In this document: positions 37,692 to 52,282 of the stretch, in pieces
Layout of the letters: each line of letters starts with the position of its first letter
Numbering within the stretch: the stretch's first letter is position 1
DNA from: Eledone cirrhosa
Taxonomy: Eukaryota
Direction: 5' to 3'
Length of the DNA: 64,000 nucleotides
Assembly: GCA_964016885.1 (NCBI GenBank)
Contig: OZ024766.1
Location: 11,656,001-11,720,000 of the forward strand
Notes under the pieces: model-generated
The model's database searches: none
What the model was told of the DNA's origin: nothing
What the model saw: the letters and a program-made list of their open reading frames with translations, nothing else
Position numbers and translations under genes: made by a program

Positions 37692-37889
37692 GTTGTTATA
37701 CTTGGGGAGGGTCATATTTGTGTAATATTGCCAGAATTAATAACAGAACACACTCACTGTTTGGTTGGTTTTCGCTTCTGTGTCTTTTATATCGGTAATC
37801 TAATTTATTCGGTCCTCAATGTTGCCATTGACTGACCGACGGTCAAAAATAATACAGATACAATATAGACACAAACACATATATATAGT

Positions 37890-37933
37890 TTATCAAAGTT
37901 CTTTCGTTGCACATCTGCAACATCGTCAGTGGT
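37890..37933 (-). ncRNA. Degenerate hammerhead fold, family L
   Basis: Minus strand: ACCA-CTGACGA-T-GTTGCA[gatg]TGCAAC-GAAA-GAAC-TT/TGAT. Stem I is imperfect. Relative at 54336-54381. Confidence 0.5.
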
Positions 37934-38172
37934 GCTATTGTTTCCCCCCGTTGTATTGTATGTCTACGCCATTTTTATTTAGTCTGAAAATATAGAAATT
38001 ATTGTGAGCAATATTATATATATATATAATATATATATATATATGTAGGAGGTGAGTTTTATTGTAGTACAATAAAGCAATGCAGATATCGGATAAGAAG
38101 CACTCTACAGTTTGTGGGACTGGAGTATACATAATATATAAGATCAAAAGATGGTTAAAGGAGTTCCATGTA

Positions 38173-38239
38173 TTTTATTATGCGCATTTCAAAAACAAAC
38201 ATCATCATGCAATAATATTTGTGTTTTCATCAGATAAAA
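38173..38239 (-). ncRNA. Type I hammerhead ribozyme, family B (inverted copy)
   Basis: Reverse complement of 38322-38388. Confidence 0.8.
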
Positions 38240-38321
38240 CATATATATCATTATATATATATATTGATTTAAAACTGCACTATCCACAAGTGTTTTTTAG
38301 CCTTCATATCATGTCCTCCTG

Positions 38322-38388
38322 TTTTATCTGATGAAAACACAAATATTATTGCATGATGATGTTTGTTTTTGAAATGCGCATAATAAAA
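38322..38388 (+). ncRNA. Type I hammerhead ribozyme, family B
   Basis: TTTTAT-CTGATGA...GAAA-TGCGCA-TA/ATAAAA. Confidence 0.8.
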
Positions 38389-38421
38389 TACATGGAACTC
38401 CTTTAACCATCTTTTGATCTT

Positions 38422-38463
<42 letters not shown>

Positions 38464-38472
38464 TATATATAT

Positions 38473-38529
<57 letters not shown>

Positions 38530-38661
38530 TATATTATATATATATATATTATATATTATAAATATATATATATATTATATATATATATATATATATTATA
38601 TATTAGAAAGAGTTGAGACCTCATGAGTGAGCTGTTGAAATGGTAACAGCTAGTTCCAAAC

Positions 38662-39312
38662 TATATATACACACAAACACACACACATATATACACACAC
38701 ACACTCACATGTATATATACACACACACACACATACACATATATATACACACACTCACATGTATATACACACACACACATACACATATATATACACACAC
38801 TCACATGTATATATACACACACACATACACATATATATACACACACTCACATGTATATATACACACACACACACATACACATATATATACACACACACTC
38901 ACATATATATACACACAAACACACACACATATATACACACACACACTCACATGTATATATACACACACACACACATACACATATATATACACACACTCAC
39001 ATGTATATACACACACACACATACACATATATATACACACACTCACATGTATATATACACACACACACACACATACACATACACATACACATATATATAC
39101 ACACACTCACATGTATATACACACACACACATACACATATATATACACACACTCACATGTATATATACACACACACACACACATACACATACACATACAC
39201 ATATATATACACACACTCACATGTATATACACACACACACATACACATATATACACACACTCACATGTATATATATACACACACACACACATATATATAC
39301 ACACACACTCAC

Positions 39313-39350
<38 letters not shown>

Positions 39351-39653
39351 TCACATATATATACACACACATACACATATATATACACACACACTCACAT
39401 GTATATATATATATATATATATACACACACTCACATATATATACACACACATACACATATATACACACACACTCACATGTATATATATACACACACACAC
39501 ACATATATGTACACACACACTCACATGTATATATATATATATATATACACACACTCACATATATATACACACACATACACATATATATATACACACACTC
39601 ACATGTATATATATACACACACACACACATATATATACACACACACTCACATG

Positions 39654-39684
<31 letters not shown>

Positions 39685-40035
39685 TCACATATATATACAC
39701 ACACATACACATATATATACACACACACTCACATATATATACGCACACATACACATATATATACACACGCACTCACATGTATATATATATATATATATAT
39801 ACACACACTCACATATATATACACACACATACACATATATATACACACACACTCACATGTATATATATATATATACACACACATATATATACACACGCAC
39901 TCACATGTATATATATATATATATATATACACACACTCACATATATATACACACACATACACATATATATACACACACACTCACATGTATATATATACAC
40001 ACACACACACATATATATACACACACACTCACATG

Positions 40036-40066
<31 letters not shown>

Positions 40067-40245
40067 TCACATATATATACACACACATACACATATATAT
40101 ACACACACACTCACATGTATATATATATATATACACACACTCACATGTATATACACACACACTCACATGTATATATATATATATATATACACACACTCAC
40201 ATATATATATACACACACACATATATATACACACACACTCACATG

Positions 40246-40276
<31 letters not shown>

Positions 40277-40375
40277 TCACATATATATACACACACATAC
40301 ACATATATATACACACACACTCACATGTATATATATACACACACACACACATATATATACACACACACTCACATG

Positions 40376-40406
<31 letters not shown>

Positions 40407-40803
40407 TCACATATATATACACACACATACACATATATATACACACACACTCACATGTATATATATATATATACACACACTCACATGTATATACACACAC
40501 ACTCACATGTATATATATATATATATATACACACACTCACATATATATACACACACATACACATATATATACACACACACTCACATGTATATATATATAT
40601 ATATACACACACTCACATATATATACACACACATACACATATATATACACACACATATATATATACACACACTCACATGTATACACACACACACTCACAT
40701 GTATATATATATATATACACACACTCACATGTATATACACACACACTCACATGTATATATAATATATATACACACACTCACATGTATATACACACACACA
40801 CAC
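38662..40803. repeat. Higher-order (CA)/(TA) satellite with a cactcacatgtat anchor
   Basis: Direct inspection. Confidence 0.95.
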
Positions 40804-40896
40804 CATCCCTTCATGTGTGTGTCTCACAAGAGAAGATCTGGCTCTCTGGTATGGATGGATGGTAACTAGAAGAAGCAGTAGCAGGAATAGCTGACA

Positions 40897-43800
40897 GTGG
40901 TGGTGGTGGTGGGGAGGGATGGTGGTGGTGGGTGGTGGGGGATGATGATGGTGTGGTGGTGGTGGGGGAGGATGGCGGTGGTGGTGGTGGTGGTGGGGGA
41001 ATTAAAGAGGAGAGGACTGGTGTATAAGGAAGACAGAGTAGTGTGTGGTGTGGAGGTGGAGGTGGGGGAGGATGGCGGTGGAAGGTGGTGGTGTAATGAT
41101 TGTGGTGGTGGTGGTGGTGGTAGTGTAATGATAGAGGTGGTGGTGGTGGTGGTGGTGGTAGTGTAATGATAGAGGTGGTGGTGGTGGTGGTAGTGTAATG
41201 ATTGTGGTGGTGGTGGTGGTGGTGGTAGTGTAATGATTGTGGTGGTAGTGTAATGATTGTGGTGGTGGTGGTGGTGGTGGTAGTGTAATGATTGTGGTGG
41301 TAGTGTAATGATTGTGGTGGTGGTGGTGGGTGGTGGTAGTGTAATGATTGTGGTGGTAGTGTAATGATTGTGGTGGTGGTGTGGTGGTAGTGTAATGATT
41401 GTGGTGGGTGGTGGTGGTGGTAGTGTAATGATTGTGGTGGTAGTGTAATGATTGTGGTGGTGGTGGTGGTGGTGGTGGTGGTAGTGTAATGATGTGTGGT
41501 GGTGGTGGTGGTGGGTGGTGGTAGTGTAATGATTGTGGTGGTGGTGGTGGTGGTAGTGTAATGATAGAGGTGGTGGTGGTGGTTGGTAGTGTAATGATTG
41601 TGGTGGTGGTGGTGGTAGTGTAATGATTGTGGTGGTGGTGGTGGTGGTGTAATGATTGTGGTGGTGGTGGTAGTGTAATGATTGTGGTGGTGGTGGTAGT
41701 GTAATGATTGTGGTGGTGGTGTAGTGTAATGATTGTGGTGGTGGTGGTAGTGTAATGATTGTGGTGGTGGTGGTAGTGTAATGATTGTGGTGGTGGTGGT
41801 GTAATGATTGTGGTGGTGGTGGTGGTGGTAGTGTAATGATTGTGGTGGTGGTGGTAGTGTAATGATTGTGGTGGTGGTGGTGTAATGATTGTGGTGGTGG
41901 TGGTAGTGGAGGTGTAATGGTTGTGGTGGTGGTGGTGGTAGTGTAATGATTGTGGTGGTGGTGGTGGTAGTGTAATGATTGTGGTGGTGGTGGTGGTAGT
42001 GTAATGATTGTGGTGGTGGTGGTGGAGGTGTAATGATTGTGGTGGTGGTGGGTGGTAGTGTAATGATTGTGGTGGTGGTGGTGGTAGTGTAATGATTGTG
42101 GTGGTGGTGGTGGAGGTGTAATGATTGTGGTGGTGGTGGTGGTGGTAGTGTAATGATTGTGGTGGTGGTGGTGGAGGTGTAATGATTGTGGTGGTGGTGG
42201 TGGTAGTGTAATGATTGTGGTGGTGGTGGTGGTAGTGTAATGATTGTGGTGGTGGTGGTGGAGGTGTAATGATTGTGGTGGTGGTGGTAGTGTAATGATT
42301 GTGGTGGTGGTGGTGGTAGTGTAATGATTGTGGTGGTGGCGGTGGTAGTGTAATGATTGTGGTGGTGGTGGTGGAGGTGTAATGATTGTGGTGGTGGTGG
42401 TGGTAGTGTAATGATTGTGGTGGTGGTGGTGGAGGTGTAATGATTGTGGTGGTGGTGGTGGTAGTGTAATGATTGTGGTGGCTGGTGGTAGTGTAATGAT
42501 TGTGGTGGTGGTGGTGGTGGAGGTCGTAACATGATTGTGGTGGATGGTGGTGTTGGTGGGTAGTGTAATGATTGTGGTGGTGGTTGGATGAGTAGTGTCA
42601 ATGATTGTAGGTTGGTAGGTGGAGGTAGTGCTAATGACTTAGTAGGTGGTGGTGAGTGGTAGTGTACATGATTGTGGTGGTGCGTGGTAGTGTAATTGAT
42701 TGTGGTAGGTGGTCGGTGGCAGGTGTAATGATTGTGGTTGGTGGTGGTGGTAGTGTACATGCATTGTCGAGTGGTGGTGGTGGTCGTGTAATCGATTGTG
42801 GTAGTGGTGGTGGTGGTAGGTGGTGTAATGATTGTGGTGGTGGTGGAAGTGGTAAGGGGAGGAGATGGAATGGTGGTGGTGCCTGCTTGTATATAAGGTG
42901 GTGGTGGTGGTGGTGGCTGCTTGTATATAAGGTGGTAGTGGTGGTGGTGGTGGTGCCTGCTTGTATATAAGGTGGTGGTGGTGGTGGTGGTGGTGGCTGC
43001 ATGTATAAAAATTGTTGCTGCTTGGATATAGGGTGGTGGTGGTGTTAGGAAGGAAATCCTGTAGTTTTTGCTGAGAACAGCACCACAACCACCACCACCA
43101 CAACTACCACCACCACCACTAACTACCACCACCACCACCACCACCACAACTACCACCACCACCACTAACTACCACCACCACCACCACCATCACCACCACC
43201 ACAACTACCACCACAACCACCACCACCACCACCACCACTAACAGCACCACCACCACCACCACAACTACCACCACCACCACAACTACCACCACCACCACTA
43301 ACAGCACCATCACCACCACCACAACCACCACCACCACCACTAACAGCACCACCACCACCACAACCACCACCACCACCACCACCACAACTACCACCACCAC
43401 CACCACCACTAACAGCACCACCACCACAACTACCACCACCACAACTACCACCACCACAACTACCACCACCACCACCACCATCACTAACAGCACCAGCACT
43501 ACCAACAGCACCATCACCAACCATTACTAACACCATTACCAACAAACCCACACCAACAGCAGCACCGCAACTACCACCAACACCACAACCAGCACCACCA
43601 TCAACACAGCTACCATACTAATACCACCAACACCACCAGCACCACCACCAACACTACCAACAGCACCACCACCACCACCACCAACCACTACCAACAACAC
43701 CACAGCCACCACCACCAACACTGCCACCATCACTTCCATTAGCAACACCAATACTACCACCACCACCACCACCCAACAGCAGCACCACCATCACCAACAC

Positions 43801-44081
43801 CACTAATACCACCGACAACAACACCAGCACCACTACCAACATCACCACCACCACCACCACCAACCACTACCACCAACAACAACAACACTAACAGCACCAC
43901 CACCTGTAACAGCAGTGGTAATGGTGGTGCACAACACATGTATTAGTAGTAGTAGTAGTAGTGATAGTAGTAGTAGTAGTAGTAGTGATAGTAGTAGTAG
44001 TAGTAGTGGTGATAGTAGTAGTAGTGGTAGTAGTAGTAGTGGTAAGTGGTAGTGGTAGTAGTAGTAGTAGCAGGAGAAGCA

Positions 44082-44112
<31 letters not shown>

Positions 44113-44251
44113 CAGTAGTAGCTGTAGAAGTAGTAACATCAGCAGCAGTGGTAGTAGTAGTTGCAGTAGCAGGAGGAGCAACAGCAACAGTGATAGTGGT
44201 AGTAGTAGTGGTAGTAGTAGTAGTGGTAGTAGTAGTAGTAGTAGTAACAGC

Positions 44252-44288
<37 letters not shown>

Positions 44289-44545
44289 ACAGCAGTAGTA
44301 GTAGTAACAGCAGTAGTAGTAGTAGTAGTAGTGGTAGTAGTAGTAGTAGTGGTAGTAGTAGTAGTAACAGCAGCAGTAGTAGTAGTGGTAGTAGTAGTAG
44401 TAACAGCAGTAGTAGTAGTAGTAGTAACAGCAGCAGTAGTAGTAGTAGTAGTAGTGGTAGTATGAACAGCAGCTGCTTCTAGTAATTGTACTGGAGCCAG
44501 TGTACTGGTGGTAGTAGTAGTAGTGGTGGTGGTGGTGGTGGGGGG
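40897..44545. repeat. (GGT)n/(CCA)n/(AGT)n tracts including a gtgtaatgattgtggtggt minisatellite
   Basis: Direct inspection. Confidence 0.95.
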
Positions 44546-44771
44546 GGGATACCATGATGAGAGAGAGAGGGGGGAGGAGGAAAGATAAGAAGAGGTGTAT
44601 ATAAATAGATAGGATGATGATGGGGTGTATATATATGTATATATTTATGCGTGTGTGTATATATATGTGTGTGTGTGTGTAGTATATATGTATATATATA
44701 TATATAGAGAGAGATGTGTATATATATATATATAGAGAGAGAGAGATGTATATATATATAATGTGTGTGTG

Positions 44772-44803
<32 letters not shown>

Positions 44804-46622
44804 TGTGTATATGTGTGTGTGTGTATATTTATGTATGTGTATATATGTATATATATGTGCGTGTATATATATATATATATATACATGTTTATATATATAT
44901 ATATATGTTTATATATATACATGTGTTTATATATATATACATGTGTATATATATATATACACATGTATATATATATATATATATACACATGTATATATAT
45001 ATATATACACATGATATACACGTATATATATATATATATATACATGTATATATATATATATATACACATATATATATACACATGTATATATATATATACA
45101 CATATATAGATATATACACATGTATATATATATATATACACATATATATATATACATGTATATATATATATATATACACATGTATATATATATATATATA
45201 CACATATATATATATATATACACATATATATATATATATATATACACATGTATATATATATATACACATGTATATATATATACACATGTATATATATATA
45301 CATATATACACACACATGTATATATATATATATATACACACACATGTATATATATGTTAGTGGCCTGATTCCCACATTCATGGTGCAAAACTTGGCACAG
45401 AAAAAATATATCAAAAGACAAAAAAAAAAAAAGCAATGGGGGCGGGGTGGGTGTGGCTTGGGGGGGCAATGCCAGAGTGGTGGCGGCGGTGTTGGTGGTG
45501 GTGTTGTTGTTGTTGGTGGAGGTGGTGGTGTTGTTGTTGTTGGTGGAGGTGGTGGTGTTGTTGTTGTTGGTGGAGGTGGTGGTGTTGTTGTTGTTGGTGG
45601 AGGTGGTGGTGTTGGTGGTGTTTTTGTTGGTGGTGCTGTTGGTGTTGTGGTGTTGATGGTGCTGTTGTTGGTGGTGGTGTTGGTGGTGGTAGTGTTGTTG
45701 TTGGTGGTGCTGCTGCTGTTGGTGGTGGTGGTGGTGGTAGTAGAGGTGGTTGTGATAGTGGTGGTGTTGGTGGTAGTAGCAGAGGCTAGTGTTGGTGATA
45801 GTAGAAAAGGTGTTAGTGTTAGAGGTGATGGTATAGGTGGTAGTGGCGTTGGTGGTGGTAGTGATAGTAGTGTTGGTGGCAGTAGTATTGGTGGTAGTAG
45901 TGGTGGTGGTAGTAGTGATAGTAGTGTTGGTGGTAGTAGTGGTGGTGCTGGTGGTAGTAGTGGTGGTGCTGGTGGTAGTAGTGTTGGTAGTAGTAGAGGT
46001 GGTAGTGATAGTAGTGTTGGTGGCAGTAATGTTGGTGGTGGTAGTGATAGTGGTGGTGGTGGTAGTGTTGGTGGTAGTAGTGGTGGCAGTAATGATAGTA
46101 GTGTTGGTGGTAGTGATAGTAGTGTTGGTGGTAGTAGTAGTAGTGGTAGTAGTGGTGTCTGTAGTAGTAGTAGTGGTAGTAGTGGTGTCTGTAGTAGTAG
46201 AGGTGGTAGAAATGGTGTGTGTAGTAGTAGAGGTGGTAGTAATGGTGTCTGTAGTAGTAGAGGTGGTAGTAGTGGTGGTGGTAGTAATGGTGTGTGTAGT
46301 AGTAGAGGTGGTAGTAGTGTTGGTGGTAGTAATGGTGTGTGTAGTGTTGGTGGTAGTAATGGTGTGTGTAGTAGTAGAGGTAGTAGTAGTGGTGGTGTAC
46401 ACCAATCTTACTCCCATTACAGTGTACCTTCAGAAATATTGCTACCCTAGTTACAGTATCTGTCTGTGTCCCCACCCCCCAGGCACTAGGACGTAGGGGG
46501 TGGGGCAGAGAAAGGTCTTCTTTACTGCTCCTTACATATCTAGCACCCTTATTTTACTTAACTGGTGATAAAATAAAGATAGGGTATCTGAGTGTGTATA
46601 TGTGGATATGTGTGTGTATGTG

Positions 46623-46665
<43 letters not shown>

Positions 46666-46694
46666 GTGTGTGTGTGTGTATATATATATATGTA

Positions 46695-46727
<33 letters not shown>

Positions 46728-46892
46728 GTATATATATGTTTGTGTATATGTATATATGTGTGTATATATGTGTACATGTGTATGTGTGTGTGTATATATA
46801 TGTGTGTGTGTGTATATATATATGTATATATGTGTATGTGCGTGTGTATATATGTGTGTATATATGTGTGTGTGTTTGTGTATATATATGTG

Positions 46893-46930
<38 letters not shown>

Positions 46931-47341
46931 TGTATGTGTGTATATATATATGTATATATATATATATATATACATTCATGTAACACATATCTACATATTT
47001 TATCAACCAACCACCAGCAAGCGAGGGTATATACATGTATGGTGTATATATATATATATACATATACACACATATATACACACATATATACACATATATA
47101 TACATATATATACACACTATAATACAGAGAAAGCTTGGGAAAGTTTGTATTCTTCAATGTGCAACAGTTTGGGGTTGGGGCACTCTTGTGGTGGATTAGG
47201 GGGGTAGGGAGACATCTTGAAGAGGGGTCTCATGATCGGAGGGGCGCGGGAGGTGTACCCAGCAACACAACTCATGAAAATGTGACCCTGCTTCTTAACT
47301 GAAAGTTGAAGAACCTGTAACTGTTTTTTTATTATTAATAC

Positions 47342-47375
<34 letters not shown>

Positions 47376-47412
47376 TTATATATATTTATATTCTTATATA
47401 TATGTGTGTGAG

Positions 47413-47481
<69 letters not shown>

Positions 47482-47595
47482 GTGTCTCTGTGTGAGTGTA
47501 TGTGTATATATATATATATGTCTGAGTGTATGTGTATATATATATATATATATGTCTGTGTGAGTGTATGTGTATATATATGTGTGTGAGTGTGT

Positions 47596-47647
<52 letters not shown>

Positions 47648-47660
47648 CTGTGTGAGTGTA

Positions 47661-47699
<39 letters not shown>

Positions 47700-47790
47700 G
47701 TCTGTGAGTGTATGTATATATATATATATATTTTTATGTGTCTGTGTGTGAGTGTGTACATATATATATATTTATGTGTCTGTGTGAGTG

Positions 47791-47836
<46 letters not shown>

Positions 47837-47887
47837 TGTGTGAGTGTATGTATATATATATATATATATGTGTGTGAGTGTGTGTGT

Positions 47888-47941
<54 letters not shown>

Positions 47942-48354
47942 CTGTGAGTGTATGTGTGTGTGTATATATATATATATGTCTGTGAGTGTATGTGTGTGTA
48001 TATATATATGTGTGTCTGTGTGAGTGTATGTGTGTATATATATACATATATATATATATGTGTCTGTGTGACTGTATGTGTGTGTGTGTGTATATATATA
48101 TATATGTGTCTGTGTGAGTGTATGTGTGTATATATATATATGTGTGAGTGTGTGTGTGTTTATATATATATATGTGTGTGTGAGTGTGTGTTTATATATA
48201 TATATGTGTGTCTGTGTGACTGTATGTGTGTGTGTGTGTATATATATATGTCTGTGAGTGTATGTGTGTACATATATATATATATATATGTGTCTGTGTA
48301 AGTGTATGTGTGTATATATATATATGTGTGAGTGTGTGTGTGTTTATATATATG

Positions 48355-48385
<31 letters not shown>

Positions 48386-48690
48386 GTGTGTGTGTATATG
48401 TGTTTGTGTATATGTATATATATCTACGTGAGTGTATATGTGTTTGTGTATATGTATATATATATATATATCTGCGTGAGTGTATATGTGTTTGTGTATA
48501 TGTATATATATATATATCTGCGTGAGTGTATATGTGTTTGTGTATATATATATATATATATATCTGCATGAGTGTATATGTGTTTGTGTATATGTATATA
48601 TATATGTATATATATATCTGCGTGAGTGTATATGTGTTTGTATATATTATATATGTGTCATTGTTGTAAAATATATATATATATATAATG

Positions 48691-48752
<62 letters not shown>

Positions 48753-48788
48753 AATATATATATATAATATATTATATATATATATATA

Positions 48789-48836
<48 letters not shown>

Positions 48837-49060
48837 AATATATATAATACACATTATATATATATATAATGTAAATATTTATAAACAAACATGGTCACAG
48901 CTGCAGTGTGGTGGTGGTGGTGGTATGGTATTTCTGCCATCAGCATGACTGGGTGTGGTTTGTGAGAGACTTGACTGCTATTTCTGGCATGTCTAGTTAC
49001 CATGCAGTGGGGCCCCTTATTGGCTCATATATATATATATATACAGACAGACATACACAT

Positions 49061-49103
<43 letters not shown>

Positions 49104-49148
49104 TACACACATATACATATATGTATATATATACACACAGACATATAT

Positions 49149-49183
<35 letters not shown>

Positions 49184-49346
49184 CAGACATATATACACAC
49201 ATATACATATATATATATATACACACAGACATATATACACACATACACACACACATATATATATATACACACACAGACATATATACACACATACACATAT
49301 ATATATATATATGTATATATATACACACAGACATATATACACACAT

Positions 49347-49414
<68 letters not shown>

Positions 49415-50258
49415 GCAGAAGCTATATTTAATTTGTTGGGATTGCAACAAACTTAAAAGTTTATAACTGATATAGAGCTCTCAACAGTTTACTGGAGTAA
49501 ATATTCAATATATTAATAAATATATATATATGTATGTATATATATATATATGTATGTATATACACATATATACAGGCAGACATATACATAAATGCCTATG
49601 AGAGTATGGTGGTCTTGTTTTTTGTATATTTGGCTCCTGTTTCTATTAGTTGTACTTACCATGTAGAGATCTCTTTCATTGGCTCATATCTATATATATA
49701 TATATAAATATATTTATAAGTCGTTTGGAAGCCTCGACAATGCAAATGGGTAAATATCCGGGTAACAAGGTCCGATGGTGGAGAGAGAGATATGTAAGTG
49801 GGTGTACGTTGAGATGCGTGGTGTGTATAAGATGTGTGAGATGTGTAGAATGAAGGGAAGAGTAAAAGAATAAAAATAATAATAACAACAGAAGAGAGAG
49901 AGAGTTACCTTGGGAGAGATTTTATATAAATATATATATATGTGTAAATGAAGTATAAATATATATATATATATATATAAATATAGTGGCGATGAATTAG
50001 TTTTGCGAGGTTTTTGATATGAAATCGTGTGTCGAAACAAATATTGTTATACTTGGGGAGGGTCATATTTGTGTAATATTGCCAGAATTAATAACAGAAC
50101 ACACTCACTGTTTGGTTGGTTTTCGCTTTTCGCTTCTGTGTCTTTTATATCGGTAATCTAACTTACTCGGTCCTCAATGTTGCCATTGACTGACCGACGG
50201 TCAAAAATAATACAGATACAATATAAATATAGATATATATGTATAAATATAAATATAT

Positions 50259-50289
<31 letters not shown>

Positions 50290-50316
50290 AATATAGATAT
50301 AGATATATATATATAA

Positions 50317-50371
<55 letters not shown>

Positions 50372-50403
<32 letters not shown>

Positions 50404-50980
50404 CCGTTTTACGTCCGTTCTTCCACGCTAGCATGGGTTAGACAGGTTGTCCTGTTGTGGGCAGTGTCTGGTCAGCTGACCATGCCTTGCTCATACAGGA
50501 ACTGATTCTGGCTCGATTTCTACAGCTGGATGCCCTTCCTAACACCAACCTCATTTACAGTGAGTGCTGGGTGTTTTTTTGTGGCGCCTACACGTCGACT
50601 TTACAGTGTGGGCTGGGTGCTTTTTTACTGTGGCACCTCCATTACCAGTTTGCAGTGGGAGGGTGTGGGGGCATATTGTCTATATGCTTCAGCTTCGGCT
50701 TGTACCCGTGGGGGGTCAGGTATTCTGTATTACTGCGTGACGCCAGAGGTCACAGTCGTGTGTAATCGCCCTTGAGAGGGGGCAAATGGGTAAGGTCGGC
50801 TTTTATCACCTCATCCCAGGTCTTCTTGGGTCTCCCCAATCCGCGCTTTCCATCGTCTTCTAGTGCTCAGCACCTTTTTATGCAGCCGTCATCCTTCATA
50901 CGCATCACATGTCCACACCAACGCAACCACCTCTCCTGCACACAGCATTTGATTCCTCTTATGCTCAGTCCCCCTCTTAT
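50372..50980 (-). mobile_element. RTE-clade LINE 3' fragment
   Basis: The minus strand reads IRGIKCCVQERWLRWCGHVMRMKDDGCIK...GLGRPKKTWDEVIKADL. 3' UTR and (ATG)n tail present. Confidence 0.8.
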
Positions 50981-51239
50981 ATATATATATATATATATAT
51001 ATATACAAGTGGATGCTTAGTAAAATTGAAGCTTTGGTTGTGGCCAAGCAAAGTCGACCTACAATAAGGAATGAGTAGTAAAGCACTCAATAAGGGTAGG
51101 TCGTTAGAGTAATAACAGACGTTTAAATCGCTTGACAAATTGAAAATTGCAGTAGGCAAAACCCAACCATACAGTACCAAAACAATATATATATATATGG
51201 AGGAGGTTATAGTTCACTTGAAGCATTGTGTAATGAGGT

Positions 51240-51697
51240 ATAAACGTTTGAATATGTATAATAAAGCCAAAACAATGCAGGTATGGACATAGAAAAAAAG
51301 AATGCAATTGCAAAAGATATTGTTGACAATTCGTCTTTTACCTTAGATTTATTTTAAACGTCCTTAATTTTCGAGATAATATCTCTTCTTCAGAGGGAAA
51401 TAAAGGTCTCAAAACAGCGTTCTAAATATCTTGCCAAGCCATGCTGACAGGAAATAGTATAGAGTATCTGTTCTATCTCTAATGTCAAAGAGTTTAACTC
51501 TGACATTAGAGATAGAACAGATACTTTGAGACCTTTATTTCCCTCTGAAGAAGAGATATTATCTCGAAAATTAAGGACGTTTAAAATAAATCTAAGGTAA
51601 AAGACGAATTGTCAACAATATCTTTTGCAATTGCATTCTTTTTTCTATGTCCATACCTGCATTGTTTTGGCTTTATTATACATATTCAAACGTTTAT
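51240..51697. mobile_element. (TA)n-flanked hammerhead element family I, ~170-bp inverted arms
   Basis: 51240-51413 is the reverse complement of 51525-51697. Each arm contains a hammerhead core. Confidence 0.75.
51542..51576 (+). ncRNA. Ultra-minimal hammerhead fold, family I (mirror copy on - strand at 51362-51396)
   Basis: CCT-CTGAAGA-A-GAGAT[att]ATCTC-GAAA-AT-TA/AGG. AATT palindromic stem III. Confidence 0.6.
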
Positions 51698-51714
51698 ATA
51701 TATATATATATATA

Positions 51715-51875
51715 TCTAGGGTGGGTTAATTCCCGAGATCCATGGACGAGTTCTCTCCAGCAGTCTATGTCCCTCATTATCGCTGCCATGTCCTGCGTCT
51801 CCAACAGACCAGTGTCTGTCCTTAGGGCATCAGCATATGTTAACCTCAGTCTTCCTCTTCCAGTGTGTCCATGCA
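51715..51875 (-). mobile_element. Short RTE 3' end (same family as 9333, 23590 and 56593)
   Basis: ORF 51694..51876: [22 protein letters not shown]. Confidence 0.8.
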
Positions 51876-52094
51876 CTCATATATAAGAGAGTATAGTGGT
51901 CCCTTTTTTTTCAGTGAGATTTGGCTATTATTTCTAACATACACACACATAGGTGGTGGATTTAAACCTGGTGGAGCCCATCCTTCTCCAGGTCTGAGTA
52001 CAGACCATAATACACCAGAATACTCAATACTTAGGGTTGAGAGAGTGTATTATAGTGAAATAAAATAGATATGTTTTCCATTAGCATTACAAGG

Positions 52095-52179
52095 GGTCTG
52101 ACGAGCTGTGGATTACAGAGTCAGGTCAGATCGATACAGATCGAACCTTAAGCTGGTCAGTGGCAAAACGCGCGTCACC
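52095..52179 (+). ncRNA. Hammerhead with extended stem II and a G-to-A core mutation, family N
   Basis: GGT-CTGACGA-GC[~56-nt hairpin]GC-AAAA-CGCGCG-TC/ACC. Penelope-type ACGCGCGT stem III and GUC triplet. Confidence 0.7.
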
Positions 52180-52282
52180 AACCAATAAACATAATGAAGG
52201 AGTAACCAATCGTTCTTGTTATTTTATTTCACTATATATAGATATATATAAATATATATTTATATATACACACAATATACAT

